The notes beneath the pieces were generated by a model. The model saw only the letters and a list, made by a program, of their open reading frames with translations. It had not been told where the DNA came from and ran no database searches. Below, piece after piece: positions 9,578 through 17,382 of a stretch of 26,946 nt of DNA. The translations under genes and the position numbers were made by a program. This stretch comes from a virus (taxonomy: Duplodnaviria > Caudoviricetes), in IMG/VR virus record IMGVR_UViG_3300032093_000702, positions 1 to 26,946 of that record; one strand, written 5' to 3'. How positions within the stretch are numbered: position 1 is the first letter of the stretch; each line of letters opens with the position of its first letter.

Positions 9578-9732
9578 CACGGCGAACGATTCCGTGGGCA
9601 ACAGTGTTTCGCAATGTCGCTGAAAAATATGGATGGACGTTCGAGGAAATCGGACGAATGACCATGTATCAAGTGCTGGTTGCAGCTGGGGCGTGGTGCC
9701 CGGAAGATATCTTTGAAAAGAGGCCAGGCTGA
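9532..9732 (+). CDS. Tail assembly chaperone T segment (-1 frame part of GT)
   Basis: -1 frame from GGGAAAC reads GKLKWPDG...AEKYGWTFEEIGRMTMYQVLVAAG...KRPG*; its TGA overlaps the tape measure ATG. Confidence 0.75.
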   Translation, partial: GKLKWPDGSGGVGPVTRRTIPWATVFRNVAEKYGWTFEEIGRMTMYQVLVAAGAWCPEDIFEKRPG

Positions 9733-11228
9733 TGGCGATTACGGTTCAAGAAGCACAGGTCATTTTTTCCGCAGATGGGCTTTCGCAGGTCCAAACTAAG
9801 GCGGGAATGGCTGGCCGTGCACTTGATCGAACTACCACGGCGGCAGGCGGGCTCATCAGTAAATTAAAAAGCGTCCGCCTTAATCTGGGCGGCATGGGAT
9901 CAACGCTGGCAGGTCTCGGCACTGGCGCAGCTGTTGGCGGAATGATGAGTCTCGCAGCTGGAGCAGAGCAAACGGCGATTGCGTTCGAAGTATTGCTTGG
10001 ATCCGCAGAAAAATCGAAAGACATGATCGAGGCTATGCGAGCGCTCGACATGAAGACCGTTTTCGGAATGCGGGAACTTTCTGACGCTGCGAAGATGATG
10101 CTGAACTTTGGCGTTGCCGGTGAAGACGTTGTGCCGGTGCTGTCCATGATCACCGACATCGCAGCGGGCGATTCTGTAAAGCTTGAAGGACTCACAAGAG
10201 CATTTGGTCAGGTGTCTGGCGCTGGTCGACTTATGGGGCAGGATCTGAATCAAATGATTCAGAATGGTTTCAGCCCGTTAGAGACAATTAACAAGACAAC
10301 CGGCGAGTCAATGGCATCTCTGAAACAACGAATGGAGGACGGCAAAATCTCCATCGATGAGGTTCGCCAGTCGTTTGTGTGGGCTACCACAGGGGCGGGC
10401 CGTTTTGCTGGCATGAATGACCGCATGAGCCAAACGACTGCTGGGCAGTACGCAAAGCTTAAAAGCGAAGTTGAAATGTTGGCAATTGCAATGGGCACGA
10501 CATTGCTGCCTGAAGCTAACAAGTTGCTGGAGTGGGCTCGCAAGTTTTTTGATCAGACTGACGAAATGCCATCGACTTTCAGCAAGCTGCAAACGTCCGT
10601 TCGCGACTGGTTCACTGAAACACAAGAAAAGTTCGAAGGAATCGGCGTGGTCGTTGGCGTAACTGCAGTTCACATCGCAGATAGATTCCGTGATGCCTTT
10701 GACGACATTGTGAGCATTGCCAAAGCGGCGTTTGATTGGATTCAAGCAAACTCTGACAAGATGGTTGACAATCTCGGGGCCAGAATGCGAGCAATGAAAC
10801 AAATGTTGCTCGGGCAGGAAGTAACAGAATTCACTGTTCCGCTTGGTAGGTTTGAAATGCCGGAATTGAAAAGCGGCCGCGGATCGTCATTGATGCAAAA
10901 GATCGACGAGGAATTAGCAGCTTCTCGGAGAATTAAAGCAGATCAAATGGTAGCCGAGAACGAGGCGAAAAAAACAAAGAAGGCAGGCAAGGACGAAACT
11001 AGCGTTGACCCAAATAGAAGACTACCAAAGCAATTTGCAACGCAAATGGCAGAGGCCGGCCAGTCCAAAACATTTTCAGCAGAGGCGCTTTTTGCTTCGT
11101 TGCGAGAATCTACCTTGAGCAAACAGCTCGGTATTGCTCAGTCGTCTCTTTCCGTTCAACAACAGCAACTGAAGATCCAAGAACAGCAACTTGATGTTGC
11201 TAAAAAACTCGATTTGGGGCTCGCATAA
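9732..11228 (+). CDS. Tape measure protein
   Basis: 'AFEVLLGSAE', 'AFGQV...GRLMGQDLNQM', 'GRFAGM' tape-measure domain motifs; 498 aa. Confidence 0.92.
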   Translation: MAITVQEAQVIFSADGLSQVQTKAGMAGRALDRTTTAAGGLISKLKSVRLNLGGMGSTLAGLGTGAAVGGMMSLAAGAEQTAIAFEVLLGSAEKSKDMIEAMRALDMKTVFGMRELSDAAKMMLNFGVAGEDVVPVLSMITDIAAGDSVKLEGLTRAFGQVSGAGRLMGQDLNQMIQNGFSPLETINKTTGESMASLKQRMEDGKISIDEVRQSFVWATTGAGRFAGMNDRMSQTTAGQYAKLKSEVEMLAIAMGTTLLPEANKLLEWARKFFDQTDEMPSTFSKLQTSVRDWFTETQEKFEGIGVVVGVTAVHIADRFRDAFDDIVSIAKAAFDWIQANSDKMVDNLGARMRAMKQMLLGQEVTEFTVPLGRFEMPELKSGRGSSLMQKIDEELAASRRIKADQMVAENEAKKTKKAGKDETSVDPNRRLPKQFATQMAEAGQSKTFSAEALFASLRESTLSKQLGIAQSSLSVQQQQLKIQEQQLDVAKKLDLGLA

Positions 11229-12070
11229 TGTCAATCGATGTCCCATTTGTTGAGCACGAAGAAAGCCCGGTTGAAACAGGAAATCGGGACGGCGATTTTC
11301 AGTTTACGCGAATCTTTGTGACGGCGTGGGATGATCGTTGGGCATTTGTAAACGGCATGTTCACGGGTGGGCCGATTGGGCTGCCAATGGTTTACGGTCC
11401 CGGATTCCCTGGAGTTTTCGCTGACACCTTCAGCATCGATAAAATTGCACCGAATCCACGGAATGCAATTATTAGCGATCCGCAAACTTCGCAGCTTTCG
11501 CACAATGGCGAAGCAAAAATCACCATCGGATATAAGCCGATGGTGCCGACCGAAGACGGAACACTAATTAGTTATGAACTGCAGGAGCAGGGTGAGTTCG
11601 TCACGGTTCCAAGTCGCGGATTGAAATGGGCGTCCGATGGGCTGCCATTGCCAGCAGATGTGAACGCTGCCTATGCCACGACAACCAGTCGACATGTTAT
11701 TACATGGTCACAGGTTGTGAATCCCCCGTGGCAAGTTCTTTCTGAGTGTATCAATCACGTCAACAGCGTTCCGTTTTATGTTCCAGTAACAAAACAATTG
11801 ATGGCAACTGGCACTCTTCTTTTTGCTGAAAAGTCTGCGTCGATTTCTTTGAATACTCTGGGGCGAACGACGTGGAAGCTTACGCTCACGTTTTTAGAAA
11901 AAGCTCAAACGTCGTGGAGCACAACAGGGCAGGCCGCTATCGGCGGCAGCACAGTCTACGGCTGGAACTGGCAGTGGCGTGAGGAGATAGGGGATTTTGA
12001 TAGACCAAAATCTGCAATCGGCAATGGATATACGTTCCAAGAAACGGACCTGCGGCGGATCTTCGTGTAA
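11228..12070 (+). CDS. Tail-associated protein (distal tail/hub position)
   Basis: First gene after tape measure; TAATG coupling at both ends. Function from position only. Confidence 0.55.
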   Translation: MSIDVPFVEHEESPVETGNRDGDFQFTRIFVTAWDDRWAFVNGMFTGGPIGLPMVYGPGFPGVFADTFSIDKIAPNPRNAIISDPQTSQLSHNGEAKITIGYKPMVPTEDGTLISYELQEQGEFVTVPSRGLKWASDGLPLPADVNAAYATTTSRHVITWSQVVNPPWQVLSECINHVNSVPFYVPVTKQLMATGTLLFAEKSASISLNTLGRTTWKLTLTFLEKAQTSWSTTGQAAIGGSTVYGWNWQWREEIGDFDRPKSAIGNGYTFQETDLRRIFV

Positions 12071-12996
12071 TGCCAAACAATTTTCAGCCACATATACCAG
12101 ATTTTCAGCGAGGTGAAAGACTCAGCGCCGCGAGGCTGAATGAGCTGGCCGACGCTATAGCAAAGTTGTTATGGCACAAGCAACAGTCTGCGAACGCAGC
12201 ATTCGGCGTGAAGCCTCCACTAGAAATAATCGGAAAACTGGATGACGACCTGCCCGCAGCGACAGAGTTTGGAACGACTCCTGGCGAAGCCGTCATGTCA
12301 GTTTGGTTCAAGGATCCAAACGGAAACCTAATTGACTCCGGCAGAAATGAAAACATCAAGCAGAGATTTGAATTAGCGCAAGCCAAGTCAGCCGGTGACG
12401 AGGTTCGGGCGGCATGGATCGAGGGTGAATGGGTTGCGTTGCCTGACAGTAACTTAACAGTTGCATGGGGAATTCTCGGTCAAGACACTGGAAAAGATGA
12501 CTGCACGCTGACTGTTGCACTTTATCGCGGGGCGACACTCGAGGAGTTTATTCCGTTCTTGTGTGGGCCGTGCGAAACAGGATCCGGATCTGGCAGCGGC
12601 TCTGGCTCCGGAAGTGGATCAGGCGGGGACTGCTCTTTCCTTGACATGGACCTGAGCCTTTGCACAAGCCTAGGCAGCGTGACAGCTCTTGTGCCGGCCG
12701 GTTACAAAGCGGGGCCAGTCGGACTGATCAAGATGCCGGTCTGTTCACCAAGTGGCTCTGGAAGCGGCTCCGGCCCGTCAGGCAGTGGGAGCGGATCTGG
12801 CAGCGGCGGAACGTGGCAGGGCTGGACTGTGCTCTTTGGGCGGCGGCTTCGATGTGTGACAGAAATTCCGAACAAAATCGAATGTTGCCCCGTCGACGGT
12901 CTAAAGATTACCGAATGGAATCGAATATGGTTCTTCGGTGAGACACTGCCGCAGCGGCTTGACCCTTGCAGTACTGGAAGCGGGAGCGGAAGCTAA
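12070..12996 (+). CDS. Putative tail-tip protein with Ser-Gly repeat tracts
   Basis: N-terminal 'FQRGERLSAARLNEL' seen in phage tail proteins; three GS tracts; Cys-rich C-terminal half. Confidence 0.6.
   Translation: MPNNFQPHIPDFQRGERLSAARLNELADAIAKLLWHKQQSANAAFGVKPPLEIIGKLDDDLPAATEFGTTPGEAVMSVWFKDPNGNLIDSGRNENIKQRFELAQAKSAGDEVRAAWIEGEWVALPDSNLTVAWGILGQDTGKDDCTLTVALYRGATLEEFIPFLCGPCETGSGSGSGSGSGSGSGGDCSFLDMDLSLCTSLGSVTALVPAGYKAGPVGLIKMPVCSPSGSGSGSGPSGSGSGSGSGGTWQGWTVLFGRRLRCVTEIPNKIECCPVDGLKITEWNRIWFFGETLPQRLDPCSTGSGSGS
12580..12993 (+). repeat. Three coding (Gly-Ser)n tracts
   Basis: About 12580-12627, 12751-12810 and 12976-12993, with mixed Gly and Ser codons. Confidence 0.9.
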
Positions 12997-13523
12997 TGGC
13001 TGATGCGTCTGCAGATTGCTGCTGTGGAAAGCCGTGTTGCGGGCGTACGAATCTGCCAAACACCCTTTACGCGACGATCACGAAGGTGACGAACTGCAAC
13101 TGCACAGACTGGCTCGGTCTTGTGATACCGATCACAAAGGCGTTTTGGTATCCAGAAACGGCGGGAACAGTCAACTGGGGCGCGTCGATCATCGGGCCGT
13201 GTACAGTAATTAATGGCGTCGATACTGCTCAGCGTTTTGCGATTAAGCTCGAGTGCACAAAGGGGCCAATTGGCCAGATAGGCATCCCATCCGACCTAAT
13301 TCTCTACACCGGCGATTGTGGCGGCTCCAATTCCGACGGTCCCTGCGATCCGAGCGATCCTATAGAGCAGGTGGCACCGAACAACGTGGCAACGATTAAG
13401 CCTCTCGAGTCGCAGTGTAACCCGTTGATTCTCGTCTACACGATTGCGGCTTTTGAGGCGAGATGTCAAGACCCAATGAATCCGCTTGGTGCGTTGGATG
13501 TCGAGATCACCATCACGGAGTAA
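12996..13523 (+). CDS. Cysteine-rich putative tail-tip protein
   Basis: TAATG coupling at 12996; starts 'DCCCGKPCCG'; 13 Cys in 175 aa. Confidence 0.65.
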   Translation: MADASADCCCGKPCCGRTNLPNTLYATITKVTNCNCTDWLGLVIPITKAFWYPETAGTVNWGASIIGPCTVINGVDTAQRFAIKLECTKGPIGQIGIPSDLILYTGDCGGSNSDGPCDPSDPIEQVAPNNVATIKPLESQCNPLILVYTIAAFEARCQDPMNPLGALDVEITITE

Positions 13524-13527
13524 GGCA

Positions 13528-13716
13528 ATGAAAGAGATTATTGCAATTGTGTTGGTCGGCCTACTCGCATTTCCGGGAGCCTATTCTGTAGCTCTGATTG
13601 CAAACGGAGGGGCGGAACTGGAGCGGGCAATGGTCGAAGAAATGCAGGAAGAGGCACGGCAAAAGGATCTTGAGCTATATCTGTCGATCAAGCCAGAACA
13701 CAGGTGGCAGCAGTGA
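13528..13716 (+). CDS. Small membrane or signal-anchored protein
   Basis: MKEIIAIVLVGLLAFPGAYSVALIA hydrophobic N-terminus; GGAG upstream; GTGA overlap with next gene. Confidence 0.55.
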   Translation: MKEIIAIVLVGLLAFPGAYSVALIANGGAELERAMVEEMQEEARQKDLELYLSIKPEHRWQQ

Positions 13717-15860
13717 GGCAGCTCTTCGGAAGAATGCACGACATAGCATCAGGCGCGGCCGGTCTGCCAGTCGAAACGGCCCAACGTTATCGAGAGCAGT
13801 GGTCGGCAGAAGGCTACACGCTTCCGGAGTACGACGAAACAGCGGCGGCCAGAGTGATCGATCCACAGAACCGCCCCGGCGATGTCCTGCATGGAATTCT
13901 GCGAGAAGAACACGGGTTCAAGGTCGCTTCATGCAGGTGTCAGGTGTGGATCGACAAGATGAATACCTGGGGGCCGTCCGGATGCAGAGAGCATTTGACG
14001 GAGATCGTCGAACACCTTTACGACGAGGCTTCAACGAATCCGCAAGTCAGCCAAGCGATTCGGCTCGGCTTAAAGGTGCCAGTCATTGGACCGATCGAAG
14101 GCAGGCGAAGAATTACGGCGATTGTCAGGAGAGCGATTGAGATGGCAGAGACCGCCCCGAACCGAAACACCACTCAAGACGAACTGGCGATTCGTTTGGC
14201 TTCACCCGCGCACAAATGGCCCGCAGGTTGGCGAGACTGGCCGAACGTGATCGAGTATCACCGGGAGCTGCTGAAGGCGGAACTCGGAAGAAAGTCACAA
14301 GAAAGTCGGATCGATGGCAATTCATCCCGAGCGATTCTCATTCCTGCTGGCGGGCGATGCCAAATTTACGACAAGTCAGCCCCGCAGTTTTACTTCTGGG
14401 GAGCCTATGCCGCTGCTTGGGTTCTGCGGTCGTACGGCTGCACTCTGCCGATCCAGTTCTGGTTCCTTCCAGGCGAGATGAAAGAGATCGAGTTCTGCGA
14501 GCTTCACGCGCGACGAGTGGCGGCAACCTGTCATGTGGTCGATACAAGCGGAATGCGATGCGTGCACGGTTGGCAAATCAAGATCAATGCCATTCTGCAG
14601 AGCGAGTACACCCAGATCATCCATCTGGATGCTGACAACATCGTAACTCGAGATCCGTCGTATCTGTTTGACTGCGAGGCTTTCCCGAAAAATGCGGCAA
14701 TGTTTTGGATGGATAACCCAAACGTGAACGACTTTCACGGGCGAATCATCGAAGATCAGTGGAAGCGAACGGGCTCTGATCGACGGGACCGGATCAACGA
14801 CATCGAGACAGGCCAAATGGTGATCGACAAAATCCGAGGGGCCAAAGCACTACAAATCGTGAAGCACTTCGCGGATCGTGCCGACTATTGGGAAGGCTTT
14901 AACGGTGGCGAACGTGGCGTGTGGTATGGAGACAAAACCTCGTTTCATATGGGGTTCAAGTTGACCGAGACAGCGCATCACATTCAGCCGTGGAACCGGT
15001 GGAATGCTGGCGGGTTCTATGAACACTGCGATCCGTCTGGCGATGTGATCTTCCAGCATGCCTGCCATCGGAAGGGCCATCTGAACAACGGCCATGCAAT
15101 CCAAAACCTGAAGGGGAATCAGCTGATCGAGGAAGCGGCTGCTTTCAAAGGCCCGCTGGAGTTTCTGGACGGATCAATCGAGGATGCTCTTCGCTGCATT
15201 GCTCCGGAGCGATGTTTTGCAATCGAGCCTGATCGGATCAGCCGGGAAACGTGGCTGGATGTGCTCGGCCGGAACGAATACCTACTGGCTCCGACGATCC
15301 CGGCCAATGCCGTCGTGATCGATATCGGGGCAAACTCCGGAGCGTTCAGCTATGCCTGCCTCCGTCGCGGCGCTGGCCTTGTTCGGGCATTCGAGCCGGG
15401 GCCAGTTGCTGAGCTGGCATCGAAGAACTGCGAAGAGTTTGGCGAGCGGTTTGAATTGATCCAGCGAGCCGTCTGGAGGTCTGACGAGCCAGTTGAGTCG
15501 CTGTCATTGGCTCCATCGCATCGAGAAAAGCACTCGGGATCTGTCTCGGCTGTACTGCCAAAAACTGGCCACGCGATTACAGCTGCTGCGATTGATTTGG
15601 ATTCGGTGCTAAGGAGATTTGAGCGGATCCACATTCTGAAGCTGGACTGCGAAGGATCGGAATACCCAATTTTGATGACGTGCACAGAACTGCATCGCGT
15701 CGAATACATTCTGGGCGAGTATCACCACGTTAACGCAGCCTGGTCGATCGATGGGCTAAAGCAACATCTTGACTCGGTTGGATTCGAGGTTTACCGAATC
15801 ATTGCGCACGAAAAGACTCATGGAAACTTTTGGGCACGAAGGAAGTCACCAATCCCCTGA
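13713..15860 (+). CDS. Fusion: Cys-containing N-domain + GT-A glycosyltransferase (GT71/Mnn-like) + FkbM-family methyltransferase
   Basis: 'LRSYGCTLPIQFW', 'GWQIKINAI', 'HLDADN' (DxD), 'ETGQMVIDK', 'YGDK'; then 'VIDIGANSG', 'AFEP', 'LKLDCEGSEY', 'GEYH'. Start GTG at 13713 (overlap) or 13704. Confidence 0.85.
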   Translation: MRQLFGRMHDIASGAAGLPVETAQRYREQWSAEGYTLPEYDETAAARVIDPQNRPGDVLHGILREEHGFKVASCRCQVWIDKMNTWGPSGCREHLTEIVEHLYDEASTNPQVSQAIRLGLKVPVIGPIEGRRRITAIVRRAIEMAETAPNRNTTQDELAIRLASPAHKWPAGWRDWPNVIEYHRELLKAELGRKSQESRIDGNSSRAILIPAGGRCQIYDKSAPQFYFWGAYAAAWVLRSYGCTLPIQFWFLPGEMKEIEFCELHARRVAATCHVVDTSGMRCVHGWQIKINAILQSEYTQIIHLDADNIVTRDPSYLFDCEAFPKNAAMFWMDNPNVNDFHGRIIEDQWKRTGSDRRDRINDIETGQMVIDKIRGAKALQIVKHFADRADYWEGFNGGERGVWYGDKTSFHMGFKLTETAHHIQPWNRWNAGGFYEHCDPSGDVIFQHACHRKGHLNNGHAIQNLKGNQLIEEAAAFKGPLEFLDGSIEDALRCIAPERCFAIEPDRISRETWLDVLGRNEYLLAPTIPANAVVIDIGANSGAFSYACLRRGAGLVRAFEPGPVAELASKNCEEFGERFELIQRAVWRSDEPVESLSLAPSHREKHSGSVSAVLPKTGHAITAAAIDLDSVLRRFERIHILKLDCEGSEYPILMTCTELHRVEYILGEYHHVNAAWSIDGLKQHLDSVGFEVYRIIAHEKTHGNFWARRKSPIP

Positions 15861-15867
15861 AGCGGAT

Positions 15868-15949
15868 AAAAAGCGGCGGGGATGCACAGCATTGGGGGAG
15901 GATGGCAGCACTACCGGGCCATCCTCGCTGTGTTAAATCACCCCGCCGC
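15868..15949 (-). terminator. Long bulged hairpin + U-tract terminating the integrase transcript, at the convergence with the late operon
   Basis: GCGGCGGGG 15873-15881 / CCCCGCCGC 15941-15949, two inner stems, A5 at 15868-15872 (U5 on the - strand). Confidence 0.65.
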
Positions 15950-16837
15950 GAGCCGTTCGGCGGTCATACTTACCAGCCCCTGTGCGGACGGGTCCAGACG
16001 GCGATAGGCTGACAGCAGCGTATCTTCAGACGACTGTGCCGCGCCGAACGATTGCGGAACTCTGACCCGATCCATTGCGGCGGTCAGGATTTCCAAGGCC
16101 GGAACGTAATGGTCCCGCGTGCCAAGACCGTGGCCATGCAGCAGAGCCCCGGCATCTGATGACACCTTCGACCATTCTGTGATGCCTCGGTCCCTGATTT
16201 CGCTGGGAAGTATTCGCGGGATGCTGGCCAGCGTGCAAACTCGCTGCAGTTCGCCCCTCACAATGACCTGCGCGTGATCGTTGCTGCACTTGTAAGGAAG
16301 CCTTACAGGTTGAAGCCATTTGGCAAGCCATTTCGGGGCTGGTATGCGGTGCTTGTGGCCGGTCTTGTTTGCTTCCCAATAGATTGACCTCCAAGCCGGA
16401 TCCACCTTGAGCTGAAGCCGGATTGCATCTTCCAGCCGAATGCCGCACCAATACGTCAGCACAATCAGTTGGCAGGACCACGGAGCCAGCCATTGCCAAA
16501 TTGTGTCGATGTCTGAAATCTCGCACGGTTTGGGATCGGGCTTTGGTTTCTTCACGGTGTTCTGCAGGACCGGGCCGCCAGCATCGATGACGATGGTCCG
16601 CAAATCCTTGACGGCACCTTTTATTGTCCACTCGGGAACCTTGTCACGTCGAGCCGCTTGGATGTACTGCTCAACATGGGCCTGTGTGACCTTGCTGGCT
16701 TCAATTTCGCCCACGACTTCAGCAACTCGCTGACAAGCGTAGATGGGTGTTTTTGCTATTTGTTTGCGGGCACAGTATTCCCGTGCGTGGTCAACGATAT
16801 TCATCGTAGGTTTATCCAGTGACGTGACTCCATTCAC
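15938..16837 (-). CDS. int: Tyrosine integrase (short, divergent)
   Basis: R in 'CGIRLED', K in 'NKTG', 'SEIR' at the HxxR position, 'LHGH', Y in 'TRDHY'; adjacent to attP. Start GTG 16837 or ATG 16804. Confidence 0.85.
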   Translation of the reverse strand: MNGVTSLDKPTMNIVDHAREYCARKQIAKTPIYACQRVAEVVGEIEASKVTQAHVEQYIQAARRDKVPEWTIKGAVKDLRTIVIDAGGPVLQNTVKKPKPDPKPCEISDIDTIWQWLAPWSCQLIVLTYWCGIRLEDAIRLQLKVDPAWRSIYWEANKTGHKHRIPAPKWLAKWLQPVRLPYKCSNDHAQVIVRGELQRVCTLASIPRILPSEIRDRGITEWSKVSSDAGALLHGHGLGTRDHYVPALEILTAAMDRVRVPQSFGAAQSSEDTLLSAYRRLDPSAQGLVSMTAERLAAG

Positions 16838-16955
16838 TGGCGATTAGATATTGATTTGAGTCACCCTATGTTTCGGCAAACTCTTTTGATTTCGTGAACG
16901 TTTTGGATTGTTGAAGATGTGCGGACATTCCCACCTGGTACTAGCGTCGCGCCAC

Positions 16956-17008
16956 CTTCAGGAGCTAGTGGGGTAACTCCCATGGAGGTTCAAGTCCTCT
17001 CTTGCGCA
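16956..17008 (+). other. attP core: 3' half of tRNA-Leu(CAG)
   Basis: Anticodon loop TTCAGGA, 3' stem strand GCTAG, long variable arm, T arm GGAGG-TTCAAGT-CCTCT, acceptor strand CTTGCGC + discriminator A; no 5' half; next to int. Confidence 0.88.
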
Positions 17009-17081
17009 ATCCCCGAGGGTGCAACGGCTGATTGATCGACAAAGTCTGGTCAGCCCGAGCGTCTCACCCCTCGGGTTTTTT
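17009..17081 (+). ncRNA. Candidate antisense sRNA / intrinsic terminator in the tRNA trailer
   Basis: Outer stem CCCGAGGG 17012-17019 / CCCTCGGG 17068-17075, inner stem 17026-17033/17048-17055, T6; loops complementary to 17412-17418 and 17440-17450. Confidence 0.65.
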
Positions 17082-17082
17082 C

Positions 17083-17110
17083 TTGCGTTACTATAGAGAC
17101 ACGCTACACT
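17083..17110 (+). promoter_or_regulatory. Sigma70-like promoter with operator copy 1
   Basis: TTGCGT-N16-TACACT; TATAGAG-ACA-CGCTACA at 17092-17108 overlaps the -10. Confidence 0.6.
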
Positions 17111-17117
17111 TCGGAGC

Positions 17118-17342
17118 ATGATCATGACAGAACAAAAAACCTACTCCGTCAAAGAAGCCGCGAATGAAGTAAGGCTTTCGCGTGCAATCGTATCACGTCT
17201 TTGCCAGCGTGGTTTGATCGGAACGAAGTATGAATTCCCGGAGTTTTCGCAGCATGTGTATCGGCTGAATGAAGACGATCTGGAAACGCTCAGAGACCGC
17301 AAAAAAGACTGGCAGAAAAAACTCAAAAAAAAATCGGCTTAG
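17118..17342 (+). CDS. Small HTH DNA-binding protein (excisionase/MerR-like; possible repressor)
   Basis: 'YSVKEAANEVRLSRAIVSRLCQRGLI'; next to attP; flanked by operators. Start 17118 or 17124. Confidence 0.8.
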   Translation: MIMTEQKTYSVKEAANEVRLSRAIVSRLCQRGLIGTKYEFPEFSQHVYRLNEDDLETLRDRKKDWQKKLKKKSA

Positions 17343-17347
17343 TCGGG

Positions 17348-17376
17348 TTGACACGATTGTAGAGGGTCTCTACAGT
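17348..17376 (+). promoter_or_regulatory. Early promoter with operator copy 2
   Basis: TTGACA-N17-TACAGT; perfect dyad TGTAGAG-GGT-CTCTACA at 17358-17374. Confidence 0.8.
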
Positions 17377-17382
17377 TCCGCC

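Noticed and set aside
13528-13716. Holin or lysis cassette
   Set aside because: Single hydrophobic segment and no endolysin or spanin recognisable nearby.
16921-17008. Complete tRNA-Leu gene
   Set aside because: No 5' acceptor strand or D arm; the upstream CTAGC is separated from the loop by 11 extra bases. Treated as the attP core.
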